This document shows positions 1 to 8,814 of a stretch of DNA of 64,000 bases, piece after piece. The number at the start of each line of letters is the position of its first letter. The first letter of the stretch is position 1. Made by a program: the position numbers and the translations under genes. The notes beneath the pieces were generated by a model. That model worked only from the letters and a program-made list of their open reading frames with translations. It searched no databases and was not told the origin of the DNA. This DNA is from Chloroflexota bacterium (GTDB taxonomy: Bacteria; Chloroflexota; Anaerolineae; UBA4142; SHND01), in contig JAKOPZ010000208.1 in the NCBI GenBank assembly GCA_029778615.1, positions 1-64,000 on the forward strand. The letters are read 5' to 3'.

Positions 1-783
1 AACCACAATCGCGCGGTGGTGACGATTGCGGGCGAACCTGACGCGGTAGCGGCAGCAGCATTTCGCGGTTGTGAACGCGCGGCAGAATTGATTGATTTGG
101 AAACGCATCGCGGCGAACATCCGCGCATGGGCGCGACGGACGTGATTCCATTCATTCCGATTCGCAATGTGACGATGGACGAATGTGTTGCAATCGCGCG
201 GCGCGTCGGCGAACGCATCGGGCGCGAGTTGGACATTCCCGTGTATTTGTACGAACGCGCGGCGACGCGTCCCGAACGCCGCGATTTGGCGTACGTGCGG
301 CGCGGGGAATACGAAGCCATTCGCGATGAAATCGCGACATTGCCCGAACGCGAACCGGATTTTGGTCCGCGCCGCTTGGGCAAGGCGGGCGCGGTTGCCG
401 TCGGCGCGCGTCCGTTTCTCATCGCGTATAACGTCAATCTCGATGCGCGCGATGTGAAAATTGCTCAAGACATTGCAAAGATTACGCGCGAAAAAGGCGG
501 CGGTTTGCCATCGGTAAAAGCATTGGGGTTCGCGTTAAAAGACAAAGGAATCGTCCAAGTTTCGATGAACCTCACCGATTTCAACGTGACGGGAATGTTG
601 ACCGCGTTTCAACACGTACGCGCCGAAGCGGAAAAACGCGGCGTGCGCGTCCTTGGCAGTGAATTGGTGGGACTCGTGCCGCTTGAAGCGTTAGCACAAA
701 TCGCGCGTGACGCGTTGCACTTGGAGGGATTCAGTTCGCAGCAAGTGATTGAAGTGAAATTGGGAGAGCAGCAACCCAAATGA
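1..783 (+). CDS. ftcD: glutamate formimidoyltransferase (FtcD formiminotransferase domain), 5' partial
   Basis: ORF runs off the window start in frame 1. The translated sequence resembles the formiminotransferase N/C subdomains. The next gene is hutI, which fits a histidine-utilisation context. Confidence 0.7.
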   Translation, partial: NHNRAVVTIAGEPDAVAAAAFRGCERAAELIDLETHRGEHPRMGATDVIPFIPIRNVTMDECVAIARRVGERIGRELDIPVYLYERAATRPERRDLAYVRRGEYEAIRDEIATLPEREPDFGPRRLGKAGAVAVGARPFLIAYNVNLDARDVKIAQDIAKITREKGGGLPSVKALGFALKDKGIVQVSMNLTDFNVTGMLTAFQHVRAEAEKRGVRVLGSELVGLVPLEALAQIARDALHLEGFSSQQVIEVKLGEQQPK

Positions 784-1181
784 TTTCTCGACGCTGGTGG
801 ATTTTTTTGTTTGCGCTGATGTTGTTGTCCATTTTTGGCATTTCTCTCGGCGCGGATTTGCAATTGCTGCCACTCTCGCGTATCCGTATCCCGTCCTATG
901 ACAAGTTTGGACATTTTTTTCTGTACGGCATTCTCGCGTTCCTCTTGCATCTCGCGCTGCAAATTCGCGCGTGGAACATCGCGCGCGTGCGCGTTCCGAT
1001 TGCGTTTTTTATTGTGACCGCGTTGTGCGTCCTCGATGAAGTGCAGCAAATGTTTGTGAGCAGCCGCGCAGCGGACGTTTCCGATTTTGTCGCGGATGTG
1101 CTGGGAATCCTTGCGTTTTTGGCATTGGCAAACCTTTGGGGACATAAGGCGACTGCAAAGTCCCTTGACAAGGATACCTAA
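780..1181 (+). CDS. VanZ-like membrane protein; the C-terminal 14 codons are supplied by an inserted MITE-like element
   Basis: 133 aa with multiple TM segments and VanZ-like hydrophobic motifs. The ORF reads into repeat copy A. Removing the element restores an alternative C-terminus (NLWGQKSLDANAKRARIKA). Confidence 0.55.
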   Translation: MISRRWWIFLFALMLLSIFGISLGADLQLLPLSRIRIPSYDKFGHFFLYGILAFLLHLALQIRAWNIARVRVPIAFFIVTALCVLDEVQQMFVSSRAADVSDFVADVLGILAFLALANLWGHKATAKSLDKDT

Positions 1182-1292
1182 TGTGCAACACTTTTGTCAT
1201 TTCGAGCGGAGCGAGAAATCTCGCAAGGCGCGAATGAGATTTCTCGCAAAGACGGCTCGAAATGACAATTGGCGCGACTTTGCAGTTGCCTT
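1146..1292. mobile_element. MITE-like element copy A
   Basis: 17-bp terminal inverted repeats (AAGGCGACTGCAAAGTC at 1146..1162; its inverse complement at 1276..1292). The internal imperfect hairpin is GTCATTTCGAGCGG..GAGAAATCTC..GAGATTTCTC..GCTCGAAATGAC. Flanked by the 10-bp direct repeat TTTGGGGACA at 1135-1144 and 1294-1303. Inverse orientation of copy D. Confidence 0.6.
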
Positions 1293-1399
1293 GTTTGGGG
1301 ACAAAAGTCACTTGACGCAAATGCCAAGCGCGCTAGAATAAAGGCGTAAGCGCATGACAATTGCTGAGGTTGTCAGCGCTTGTCGAGGGAGTTACGAAA

Positions 1400-1534
1400 A
1401 TGAATCCTTTACTTTCCATCGCGCTGTTTTGGGCAATTCTCATGACCGCCATGTTGCTATTCGGAATCGCCTGCATCAAGTATGGAGTTTACACATCGGG
1501 TGACCGAGGACAGAGACCCACACTGGAACTGTAA
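1400..1534 (+). CDS. small hydrophobic protein (44 aa, single TM), hypothetical
   Basis: ATG at 1400 preceded by GAGGGA 10 nt upstream. Translation MNPLLSIALFWAILMTAMLLFGIACIKYGVYTSGDRGQRPTLEL. Followed by a terminator hairpin. Below the ORF-track length cutoff. Confidence 0.3.
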   Translation: MNPLLSIALFWAILMTAMLLFGIACIKYGVYTSGDRGQRPTLEL

Positions 1535-1540
1535 CAGCCA

Positions 1541-1580
1541 AAACAAAATGAAAACCGCACCGATTGGTGCGGTTTTTCAT
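1541..1580. terminator. bidirectional rho-independent terminator (serves the small ORF on + and hutI on -)
   Basis: Stem ACCGCACC / GGTGCGGT with loop GATT. A/T-runs on both sides. Confidence 0.5.
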
Positions 1581-2839
1581 TCTCGTTCGACAACCATGTT
1601 GCCGCGTTTAATAACCGTTTGAATCGGATTCGTGCCATACCGATACGCGAGATAGCGATAATCGGGAACATCCGCAATCAACACATCCGCGAGTTTTCCC
1701 ACTTGCAATGAACCCACGCGTTCGCCAATGCCTGATGCATACGCGGCGTTCAGTGTCGCGGCGACAATCGCTTCTGCCGTCGTCAATTTTTCGTAACGCG
1801 TTGCCATCGCCAAAATCATCGGCATGGATTCGCACCAACTCGTACCGGGATTCAAGTCCGAACCGAGCGCGACGGGAACATTTTCCTCGATGAACGCGCG
1901 TCCATTTGCAAAATCCGTTTTCCCCAAGCCGAATGTCGTCCCTGGCAATAACACTGCGATTACATTCGCGTCCGCTAACAATTTCATTTCATCGCGACGC
2001 GTCACCATCAAATGGTCTGCACTCACCGCGCCGAGTTCTGCCGCCAGCGCGGCGCCGCCGAGATTGGCAAATTCGTCCGCGTGAATTTTGAGCGGCATGT
2101 TCATTGTGCGCGCGCGTTCCAAAATTTTGCGCGATTGTTCGACATCGAACGCGCCATCGTCGCAAAACACATCGCAAAACAAATTTCGAATTTCGAATTT
2201 CGAATTTCGAATTGCTGGAAGCATCTCCTCGACAACGACATTGACGAAATCGTCCGCGCGTCCGCGAAATTCTTCGGGAATCGCGTGCGCGCCGATAAAG
2301 GTTGGAATCAAATCAATCGGATGCGTTGCGTCGAGTTCGTAAATCGCTTCAAGTAATTTCAATTCCGTCGCGGTATCGAGTCCGTATCCCGTTTTCGCTT
2401 CGGCAGTGGTTGTTCCGTACGACAACATTCGGTCCAACCGCGCGCGGGTTTCGTTGATGATTTGTCCGAGCGATGCCGCGCGCGTGGCGCGGACGGTGTT
2501 CATGATGCCGCCGCCCGCTTTCAACAATTCGAGGTACGACGCGCCGCGCAAACGCATTTCAAATTCATTCGCGCGGTCTCCCGTAAAAACGACGTGTGTG
2601 TGCGCGTCCACAAAACCCGGCAACACGATTTTTCCGCGCGCGTCGAGCATTTTTGTTTCATGCGTCGCAAGCGCGCGAATTTCATCACTCGCGCCGACTG
2701 CGACAATTTCTCCATCGCGTATCGCGACCGCGCCATGTTCGATAATGCCCAAGTCGCTTTGCGCGCTGCCGCGTTTCGGCGCGCTGCCCGCGACCGTCAA
2801 GAGCTGCGCGGCGGAATGAATAATCAAATCAATCGCCAT
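1577..2839 (-). CDS. hutI: imidazolonepropionase
   Basis: Amidohydrolase motifs (GFVDAHTH, DVFCD, HADE-like) and HutI-like length of 420 aa when started at MAIDL (ATG 2839). The longer ORF N-terminus is unsupported. Confidence 0.9.
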   Translation of the reverse strand: MAIDLIIHSAAQLLTVAGSAPKRGSAQSDLGIIEHGAVAIRDGEIVAVGASDEIRALATHETKMLDARGKIVLPGFVDAHTHVVFTGDRANEFEMRLRGASYLELLKAGGGIMNTVRATRAASLGQIINETRARLDRMLSYGTTTAEAKTGYGLDTATELKLLEAIYELDATHPIDLIPTFIGAHAIPEEFRGRADDFVNVVVEEMLPAIRNSKFEIRNLFCDVFCDDGAFDVEQSRKILERARTMNMPLKIHADEFANLGGAALAAELGAVSADHLMVTRRDEMKLLADANVIAVLLPGTTFGLGKTDFANGRAFIEENVPVALGSDLNPGTSWCESMPMILAMATRYEKLTTAEAIVAATLNAAYASGIGERVGSLQVGKLADVLIADVPDYRYLAYRYGTNPIQTVIKRGNMVVERE

Positions 2840-2841
2840 CG

Positions 2842-4209
2842 TCAGCGTTTCTTGAGCATGGTATTGACGCGTTCGGTGGCGCGCGGCAAAATCTGGTCGA
2901 GCGGGAGGGTGCCATGAAATGCGCGTTCCACCTGCTCGCCCGCGACTTCTTCGATTTGTGCCCACGTAATCAAAATCGGGAATGCGCGCGCGAGCGGAAG
3001 CGTATCAATGAAAATCTGCGCGTGCGCGGGTTTTTGCCCGGGTTCTAAAAACGCGTCGGATTCGGCGACCGCGCGCAGCGAGGGCATCGCGCGTCCGGAC
3101 GCCGCGAGAAGGGTTTGACCTTCGGCGGACGCGGCAAATTCGATAAATTGCCACGCGCGCTCTTTTTTGTCGCTCGCGAAAGGAATGCAGTACGCGTCGG
3201 CTTGCAAAACGTTCGCCGCGCGTTTGTTACGCGGCAGCGGCGCGACATCCCAATCAAATTTTGCTTGCTCGCGATACAGTCCCACGCCGCGCCGTTGATT
3301 GATAAACATTGCCAGAGTCCCGTTGATAAAACGCGTTTCAAACGACTCGACTACTTCATCTTGCGGTGTTGGGACAATGTGCCATTTGATTTGAAAATCA
3401 ATGACCCAATTCAGGGCTTCGAGCGATGCGGGCGAGTCCATCGTCAGTTTTGACGGGTCCTTGTCATTGTCAAAAACTTCGCCGCCGTTTTGCCAGATGA
3501 ACGGAGCGAGGCGCAGTAAATCGCCTTCGGTGCCCAAACCGTATTGGTCAGTCTTGCCGTCGCCGTTCGTGTCGCGCGTCAATGCTTTCGCGTCCGCGAG
3601 AAATTCATCCCACGTCCAATTGTCACTTGGAAACGGCACGCCGGCTTGCGTGAACAAATCTTTGTTGTAATAGACCACGAGCGGCGATGCGTTTTGGGGG
3701 ACGCACATCAGTTTGCCATTCAGGCGAAAAGGTTCAATCGCTTCGGGAAAAAATTCCGCGTCCTGAATCAGCGAATCTGATTTCATATAATCGCCCACCG
3801 GTTGAAGCAAATTCCGCAACGCGTAAAAACCGTAACGGCGATTATTCAATATCACCACATCCGGCGGATGCCCCGCGGCGAACTCTTCTTCGAGTCGCTG
3901 GCGATAGGCAAATTGATTGGCGATATAGGTCGCCGCAATTTCGGTGCCGGTATTTCTTGCCTTGAACGCGGCGAGCAATTCATCATACGTCTTTTTTTCC
4001 GCATCGTCGCCAAAGAACCAAAACGAAATCGTGTTCGGCGTTAACGTCGCGTACGGCGTCGGCGTAAGTTCGGGTTCCTCTGTTGCCGCCGGTGTACTCA
4101 AAACATCGGGCGTTGGAACGATTGTCGGCGTGGGCGTGGCGCTGCACGCGCTAAACAAACAAACACCCATGCAACAAACTGCATACAATAAACTCGTGCG
4201 AAACCTCAT
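2842..4209 (-). CDS. ABC transporter extracellular solute-binding lipoprotein (family 1, sugar-type)
   Basis: Lipoprotein signal peptide with lipobox Cys (LFSAC) and a Thr/Pro-rich linker. Family-1 SBP-like body. GAGGAG Shine-Dalgarno 10 nt upstream of the ATG. Confidence 0.75.
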   Translation of the reverse strand: MRFRTSLLYAVCCMGVCLFSACSATPTPTIVPTPDVLSTPAATEEPELTPTPYATLTPNTISFWFFGDDAEKKTYDELLAAFKARNTGTEIAATYIANQFAYRQRLEEEFAAGHPPDVVILNNRRYGFYALRNLLQPVGDYMKSDSLIQDAEFFPEAIEPFRLNGKLMCVPQNASPLVVYYNKDLFTQAGVPFPSDNWTWDEFLADAKALTRDTNGDGKTDQYGLGTEGDLLRLAPFIWQNGGEVFDNDKDPSKLTMDSPASLEALNWVIDFQIKWHIVPTPQDEVVESFETRFINGTLAMFINQRRGVGLYREQAKFDWDVAPLPRNKRAANVLQADAYCIPFASDKKERAWQFIEFAASAEGQTLLAASGRAMPSLRAVAESDAFLEPGQKPAHAQIFIDTLPLARAFPILITWAQIEEVAGEQVERAFHGTLPLDQILPRATERVNTMLKKR

Positions 4210-4353
4210 TCCGGACTTGCTCCTCTGCGCGGCGGCTCGATGACCGCGCCGTTAGAAACACTAACAAAATGGCTGTTCAAAAACGCGGTGCTGATAAATT
4301 CAATTGATTATTTGCATACCGCGAATCCGGTAAATTCATTTTGTTAGTGTTTC

Positions 4354-5070
4354 TTAGGGTAACTGAATTTTGAAAAATTCGAGCGCCACTTGAATCAGCG
4401 GCGCAATCAAAATCGCGGGAATAAAATTGGCGACGCGAATTTTTTTCAAGTCGAGCAGCAGCAGCGAAATGCCAATCACGACGGCGCCGCCCGTCGCGGT
4501 CATTTGAATAATCCACGGTGTCTCGCGCGTAATCGCGCCCAGCGACGAACCGACCAGCATCGCGAGCAAAGCAATTCCGCCTTGCACAATCAAAATCGTC
4601 ACCGCTGCAAAGGCAACGCCAATGCCCAAGGTGGACGCGAACGCGAGTCCCGCAAACATGTCGAGCAGTGATTTAATCGCGAGCAAGCGATTATCGCCCA
4701 CAAGTCCATCTTGAATGGAACCGAGAATCGTCATCGGTCCGACACAAAACACCAACGACGCCGTAACAAAACCGCGCGTAAAATTTCCCGCTTGCTCGCC
4801 GCGCGAAAATTTCGTTTCGAGCATTTGCCCCAACGCGTTCAATTTTCCATCCACGTCAATCAGCTCACCAAGAATGCCGCCAATGAGCAGACTGAACAAA
4901 ACAATCAACGCGTTTCCGGGAATCGCCATGCCCACACCCACGATGAGCGTCATGATGCCGAGCGCCGCCATCACCGTTTGGCGCACGCGTTCGGGAAAGC
5001 GCGCGCCGAGCCAAACGCCAACCGTCGCGCCAATCAAAACTGTGACTATATTGAGAAGTGTGCCTGTCAT
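4354..5070 (-). CDS. DUF554 family polytopic membrane protein
   Basis: Hydrophobic multi-TM protein with DUF554-like pattern. Start set at MTGTLLNIV. The upstream part of the longer ORF is translation of repeat copy B. Confidence 0.65.
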   Translation of the reverse strand: MTGTLLNIVTVLIGATVGVWLGARFPERVRQTVMAALGIMTLIVGVGMAIPGNALIVLFSLLIGGILGELIDVDGKLNALGQMLETKFSRGEQAGNFTRGFVTASLVFCVGPMTILGSIQDGLVGDNRLLAIKSLLDMFAGLAFASTLGIGVAFAAVTILIVQGGIALLAMLVGSSLGAITRETPWIIQMTATGGAVVIGISLLLLDLKKIRVANFIPAILIAPLIQVALEFFKIQLP

Positions 5071-5084
5071 TCTTTTTGTCGTCT

Positions 5085-5160
5085 TTCCGAACGGAGTGAG
5101 GAATCTCGCTGCGCGAAGTGAGATTTCGCGCTCCGCTCGAAATGGCAAATCTGCGTCATG
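5085..5160. repeat. degenerate copy B of the hairpin repeat family (GAGATTTC...GCTCGAAATG core)
   Basis: Shares the GAGATTTCGCGCTCCGCTCGAAATGGCAA and TCTGCGTCATG segments with copies A and E. Confidence 0.4.
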
Positions 5161-5377
5161 CCTTCAATTTTCCCACCACCGGAAATTTATGAAAGACCAA
5201 ATCGCTGTGCGGCGCCTCTGCAATTTCATCCGTCAAATCTTGTCCCGCAAAATGCAAATCGCGGTGCAAGCCGGTGCGCCAAAAGGAACTGGTCGTGACA
5301 TCGTACACCAATCCTTTGTACGCGATGTAAACGGGATTCTTGCGCGAGGAACCGTCACACTTGCGTAACTCTTGCAT
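5156..5377 (-). CDS. cytochrome b5-like heme/steroid-binding domain protein (small)
   Basis: ELRKxDG...PxYIAxKGxVYDVT motif typical of cyt-b5/MAPR domains. Start could alternatively be at 5407. Confidence 0.45.
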   Translation of the reverse strand: MQELRKCDGSSRKNPVYIAYKGLVYDVTTSSFWRTGLHRDLHFAGQDLTDEIAEAPHSDLVFHKFPVVGKLKA

Positions 5378-5396
5378 CGAAATTTCGCGGAGAGCA

Positions 5397-6515
5397 TCAT
5401 TCGTCATTCGTCATTCGTCTTGACTTTTGCAACGCGTTTTCGATTTCATCTGCAACGCTTGGATTCAAATCCGCGTACGCGTGCAAGAGACCGAAATTTC
5501 CCGCTTGCATCATGTCGCCGTACGGCACCGCAAAATAGGGATTCAATTCCGAATGTACAAGCATCGAGCGACGCGGTCCCGTTACTGCCAAAAAATCCAA
5601 GGGCTGCGGGCGCGTATCGAACAGCACCGCGCCGTGTCCTTGCGAATTAAAAATCGCGTCGTTCGTCAATGTGCCGTCCGCCAACTGCCGCAAAAAATTT
5701 TCGAGTTGCGCTTGTTTTAATTCGCCAGTGTGATGTTCCAAGACACCGGAAATCGCGCCGTCGGTGAAACGAAAGGCGAGCGCGTGAAAATTTCCCAAGT
5801 TGGCAATGATGGCGTTTTTGTGTGCGGCGACGAAATCATCATCCAGCGCGCCGCGCACCGCCGCCGGCGCCGTGTCCATTACCAGCAGGGGCGAGCCCAT
5901 GTGACTGCCCTGTATGCTCTCCGCCACCGCGCGCATCCGCGTTAGGCGTTCGGGAATTTCGTCGCGCATGAACGCAAAGCCCGAAAGCTTGCCGGTTTCG
6001 CGAATGCGCTGCGCGAGGAATTCAAAACGAAACGTGCGGTCGCTCATGGCGGGCGGCGCGTTGCCATGGTCAAACACTGCGACGGCAAGCGCGTCAGACT
6101 CGAATGCAACGCCGAACGCGTTCAACGCACGCTCAATCGCCTCCAAATCTACATCGCGCATCATCACGCGCGTGGCGTCGCGCCCTAGCGCTTCATCTTG
6201 AGCCACAACGCGAATGCCCATCGCCGCAACCTTGTCCAACTCGTCGTTGAAACTCAACGCGGCATCGGGCGTCGCATAAATCGGCAAACCCGCGCGCACG
6301 TGGTCTTCCGCCGCCCAATTGCACGGACCGCCACCCATGATGGTTCCGGTCAGGAAAACGGTTTCGCCGCGCCGGGTTGCCGCGCGAATTTGGTTCGCGA
6401 CGCGAACGGTCGGCGAAGGCATCACCAGCTGCAAACAATTTTCGATTTCGGTTGTCGAATCGAACAAGAGAATGTCCTGCGTGCCGGTGCCAATGTCAAT
6501 GCAGAGGATTTTCAT
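5397..6515 (-). CDS. DUF1786-like ASKHA-superfamily protein
   Basis: N-terminal MKILCIDIGTGTQDILL phosphate-1 motif of sugar-kinase/Hsp70/actin fold. The C-terminal MTNDE is encoded by the CATTCGT tandem word repeat. Confidence 0.55.
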   Translation of the reverse strand: MKILCIDIGTGTQDILLFDSTTEIENCLQLVMPSPTVRVANQIRAATRRGETVFLTGTIMGGGPCNWAAEDHVRAGLPIYATPDAALSFNDELDKVAAMGIRVVAQDEALGRDATRVMMRDVDLEAIERALNAFGVAFESDALAVAVFDHGNAPPAMSDRTFRFEFLAQRIRETGKLSGFAFMRDEIPERLTRMRAVAESIQGSHMGSPLLVMDTAPAAVRGALDDDFVAAHKNAIIANLGNFHALAFRFTDGAISGVLEHHTGELKQAQLENFLRQLADGTLTNDAIFNSQGHGAVLFDTRPQPLDFLAVTGPRRSMLVHSELNPYFAVPYGDMMQAGNFGLLHAYADLNPSVADEIENALQKSRRMTNDE

Positions 6516-6533
6516 GGGCGAGACATTATATCT

Positions 6534-6582
6534 GAAAAAAAAGAAACAGGAGCATTTTGACGCGTCGCGTCATGCTCCTGTC
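6534..6582 (-). terminator. rho-independent terminator for the 6607..7071 gene
   Basis: 10-bp stem ACAGGAGCAT / ATGCTCCTGT followed on the minus strand by a T8 run. Confidence 0.5.
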
Positions 6583-6606
6583 TGCTTTGCCTTTTGCCAA
6601 TCAAGT

Positions 6607-7071
6607 CTAGAGATGCAAGCGCACATTCGGCATCCGCAAATCCAACGCGTCACCGTTCGGGGAAAGCGTGTTCAGTGCGGTCAGTACCTTGTCCAAATCT
6701 GCGCCGCGTTCGCGCACGGCGTCCGCGAGCGTACTGGATTCATCCACCGCGCAGCTCGCGCAGCCGCCGATGTGAAACGCGGCGAGGACCGCCGAGGCGC
6801 GTGGTTCTTGCTCAAACAACGTGGTCAGCGACATTTTGGGGTCGAACCGCAGCTTGCCGGTGGCGCGCTGTACGGAAACATCCAACGCCGCGAGCTTGGT
6901 TTCCATTTGCTCCTCTTGCACGCGTTGGTCCTGACGCGTTTCGTACAAGGTGGTCTGCAAACGGTCGAGTTTGCCAGTGATTTGTTTGATTTCTTGGCGC
7001 GCGCGCCAGGCGAAAAAAATCGCGGCGACGGCGGCAACAATTGCAACAAGTTCCAAAATCGGCATAAACAT
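6607..7071 (-). CDS. membrane-anchored coiled-coil protein with C-terminal DUF1858-like domain
   Basis: N-terminal TM helix and a central coiled coil. C-terminal FHIGGCASCAVDESSTLADA...GADLDKVLTALN resembles DUF1858. Confidence 0.45.
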   Translation of the reverse strand: MFMPILELVAIVAAVAAIFFAWRARQEIKQITGKLDRLQTTLYETRQDQRVQEEQMETKLAALDVSVQRATGKLRFDPKMSLTTLFEQEPRASAVLAAFHIGGCASCAVDESSTLADAVRERGADLDKVLTALNTLSPNGDALDLRMPNVRLHL

Positions 7072-7207
7072 TTTCCTCGTGTTCGTGCATTCTACATCAC
7101 GTATGATTTAGGCGAATGATAAGACAAAAGAGGAGCAAGGTCAACGCTTTTTACGAATCTCTAATCTCTCGCGTGCCATTCACCATCTCTTTCGCTTTAA
7201 CGAACGT

Positions 7208-7240
7208 TTGACGATATAGCACACGCGCGTGTGTTATAAT
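7208..7240 (+). promoter_or_regulatory. moaA promoter region with a perfect 14-bp palindrome CACACGCGCGTGTG immediately upstream of a TATAAT
   Basis: TTGACG at 7208-7213, palindrome at 7220-7233, TATAAT at 7235-7240, ATG at 7263. Confidence 0.4.
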
Positions 7241-7262
7241 TTTTTGCACAGGAAAAACAAAA

Positions 7263-8240
7263 ATGCGCGATTCGTTCGACCGCGAAATCCATTATCTGCG
7301 TGTGTCGCTGACCGACCGTTGTAATTTTCGGTGCGTGTATTGTATGCCCGAAAAGGGTGTGGTGTTTCATCCCCACGCGCATCATTTGAGCGATGAAGAA
7401 TTGCTGCGCGTCATTCGCATCATGTCCACGCTCGGCTTTGACCGCGTGCGTTTGACCGGCGGCGAACCGACCGTGCGTCCAAACTTGGTGCCGATTGTGG
7501 AAGCGATTGCGGCGATGCCGAACATCAAAGAAATCGCGATGACGACCAACGCGCTGCGTTTGGAAAAAATTGCGGAACCTCTCGCCCGCGCGGGTTTGAA
7601 CCGTGTCAACATCAGCATTGATACGCTTGACGCGGAACGCTTTACCAAAATTACGCGTTTCGGAAAATTGGAAGCGGTGTGGCGCGGCATTCTCGCCGCC
7701 GAGCGCGCGGGGCTGACGCCGATTAAATTGAACTCGGTGATTGTGCGCGGCTACAACGAGCAAGATATTATTGACTTGGCGCGCTTGACGTTGGAGCACG
7801 CGTGGGATATGCGCTTTATTGAAATGATGCCGCTCGGTTCGATTGCCGATTTTCAAGTCGAGAGCATTGTCACGGCGGACGAAATGAAAGCGCGCGTCCA
7901 AGACGCGTTCGGCGAATTGCTTCCGCTGGAATGGAACGGGCACGACCCCGCGCGCCCGTATCGTTTGCAAGGCGGACAGGGCACGCTCGGTTTCATCAGT
8001 TCCGTCAGCGCGCCGTTTTGCGAAGGATGCGACCGCGTGCGTTTGACTTCGGATGGGCGCTTGCGATTGTGTTTGCTGCGCGACGACGAAGTGGAATTGT
8101 TGCAGCCAATTCGCGACGGTGCGAGCGATGCGGAATTGCGCGAATTGATTGCACGCGGGGTGTACAACAAACCGTGGGGACACGGGCTCGGCGATAACAT
8201 TATTGCGGAATCGCGGATTATGAGCCAGATTGGCGGTTAA
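7263..8240 (+). CDS. moaA: GTP 3',8-cyclase (molybdenum cofactor biosynthesis protein A)
   Basis: Radical-SAM CNFRCVYC motif and C-terminal second-cluster cysteines (CEGCDRVRLTSDGRLRLC). Confidence 0.9.
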   Translation: MRDSFDREIHYLRVSLTDRCNFRCVYCMPEKGVVFHPHAHHLSDEELLRVIRIMSTLGFDRVRLTGGEPTVRPNLVPIVEAIAAMPNIKEIAMTTNALRLEKIAEPLARAGLNRVNISIDTLDAERFTKITRFGKLEAVWRGILAAERAGLTPIKLNSVIVRGYNEQDIIDLARLTLEHAWDMRFIEMMPLGSIADFQVESIVTADEMKARVQDAFGELLPLEWNGHDPARPYRLQGGQGTLGFISSVSAPFCEGCDRVRLTSDGRLRLCLLRDDEVELLQPIRDGASDAELRELIARGVYNKPWGHGLGDNIIAESRIMSQIGG

Positions 8241-8322
8241 CCGATTGACAAAACAACAATTCTCGGTAGTATAGACACACGGTAGTTGTCGAGAACCCTA
8301 CCGATTCAAGGAGAGAACAAGA

Positions 8323-8751
8323 ATGATGACACAAACAATGCCCATTCCCGCAATCAGTGATTTGCCTGTTGCGCCGGAAGCGACGGAAATCGTCGAACTT
8401 TCGCCCTTGGCGGCGGAAAAGCTGCAAGCGATTATGCAGGAAAAAAATTTGACCACGCACGGCTTGCGCGTGTTTATCGCCGGCGGCGGCTGTTCGGGTT
8501 TCCAATACGGAATGGCGTTTGAAAATCAAATGGAAGAAGGCGATTTCGTTTTTGAATCCAAAGGCGTGCGCCTCTATGTTGACCAGGCAAGCGCAATGTA
8601 TTTGGAAGGCGCAACCGTTGATTATGTAGACTCGTTGATGGGCGGCGGTTTCCGCATCGAAAATCCGAACGCGGTCTCGACCTGCTCGTGCGGGCAATCA
8701 TTTAATACGCAGAGCGGCGGCGCGGCAAGCGGCGGCTGCGGACATCACTAA
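8323..8751 (+). CDS. erpA: iron-sulfur cluster insertion protein, ErpA/IscA (HesB) family
   Basis: CSGFQYG and C-terminal NPNAVSTCSCGQSF motifs. AAGGAGAG Shine-Dalgarno. Confidence 0.85.
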   Translation: MMTQTMPIPAISDLPVAPEATEIVELSPLAAEKLQAIMQEKNLTTHGLRVFIAGGGCSGFQYGMAFENQMEEGDFVFESKGVRLYVDQASAMYLEGATVDYVDSLMGGGFRIENPNAVSTCSCGQSFNTQSGGAASGGCGHH

Positions 8752-8768
8752 ATTTTTGGAAACGACAA

Positions 8769-8804
8769 GGCGAGTAAAGTAAAAACTTTACTCGCTTTTT
8801 TTTT
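8769..8804. terminator. rho-independent terminator between convergent erpA and folC
   Basis: Stem GGCGAGTAAAGT / CTTTACTCGC followed by T9. Confidence 0.7.
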
Positions 8805-8814
8805 GCCCCGCTTT

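Noticed and set aside
2840-2965. Extended hutI N-terminus (MGTNRRSRGRAGG...)
   Set aside because: Arg/Gly-rich, overlaps the upstream gene, and HutI homology begins at MAIDL.
7197-8183. 328-aa ORF antisense to moaA
   Set aside because: Entirely overlaps the well-supported moaA on the opposite strand. It is a high-GC shadow ORF with Arg/Ala-rich composition and no motif.
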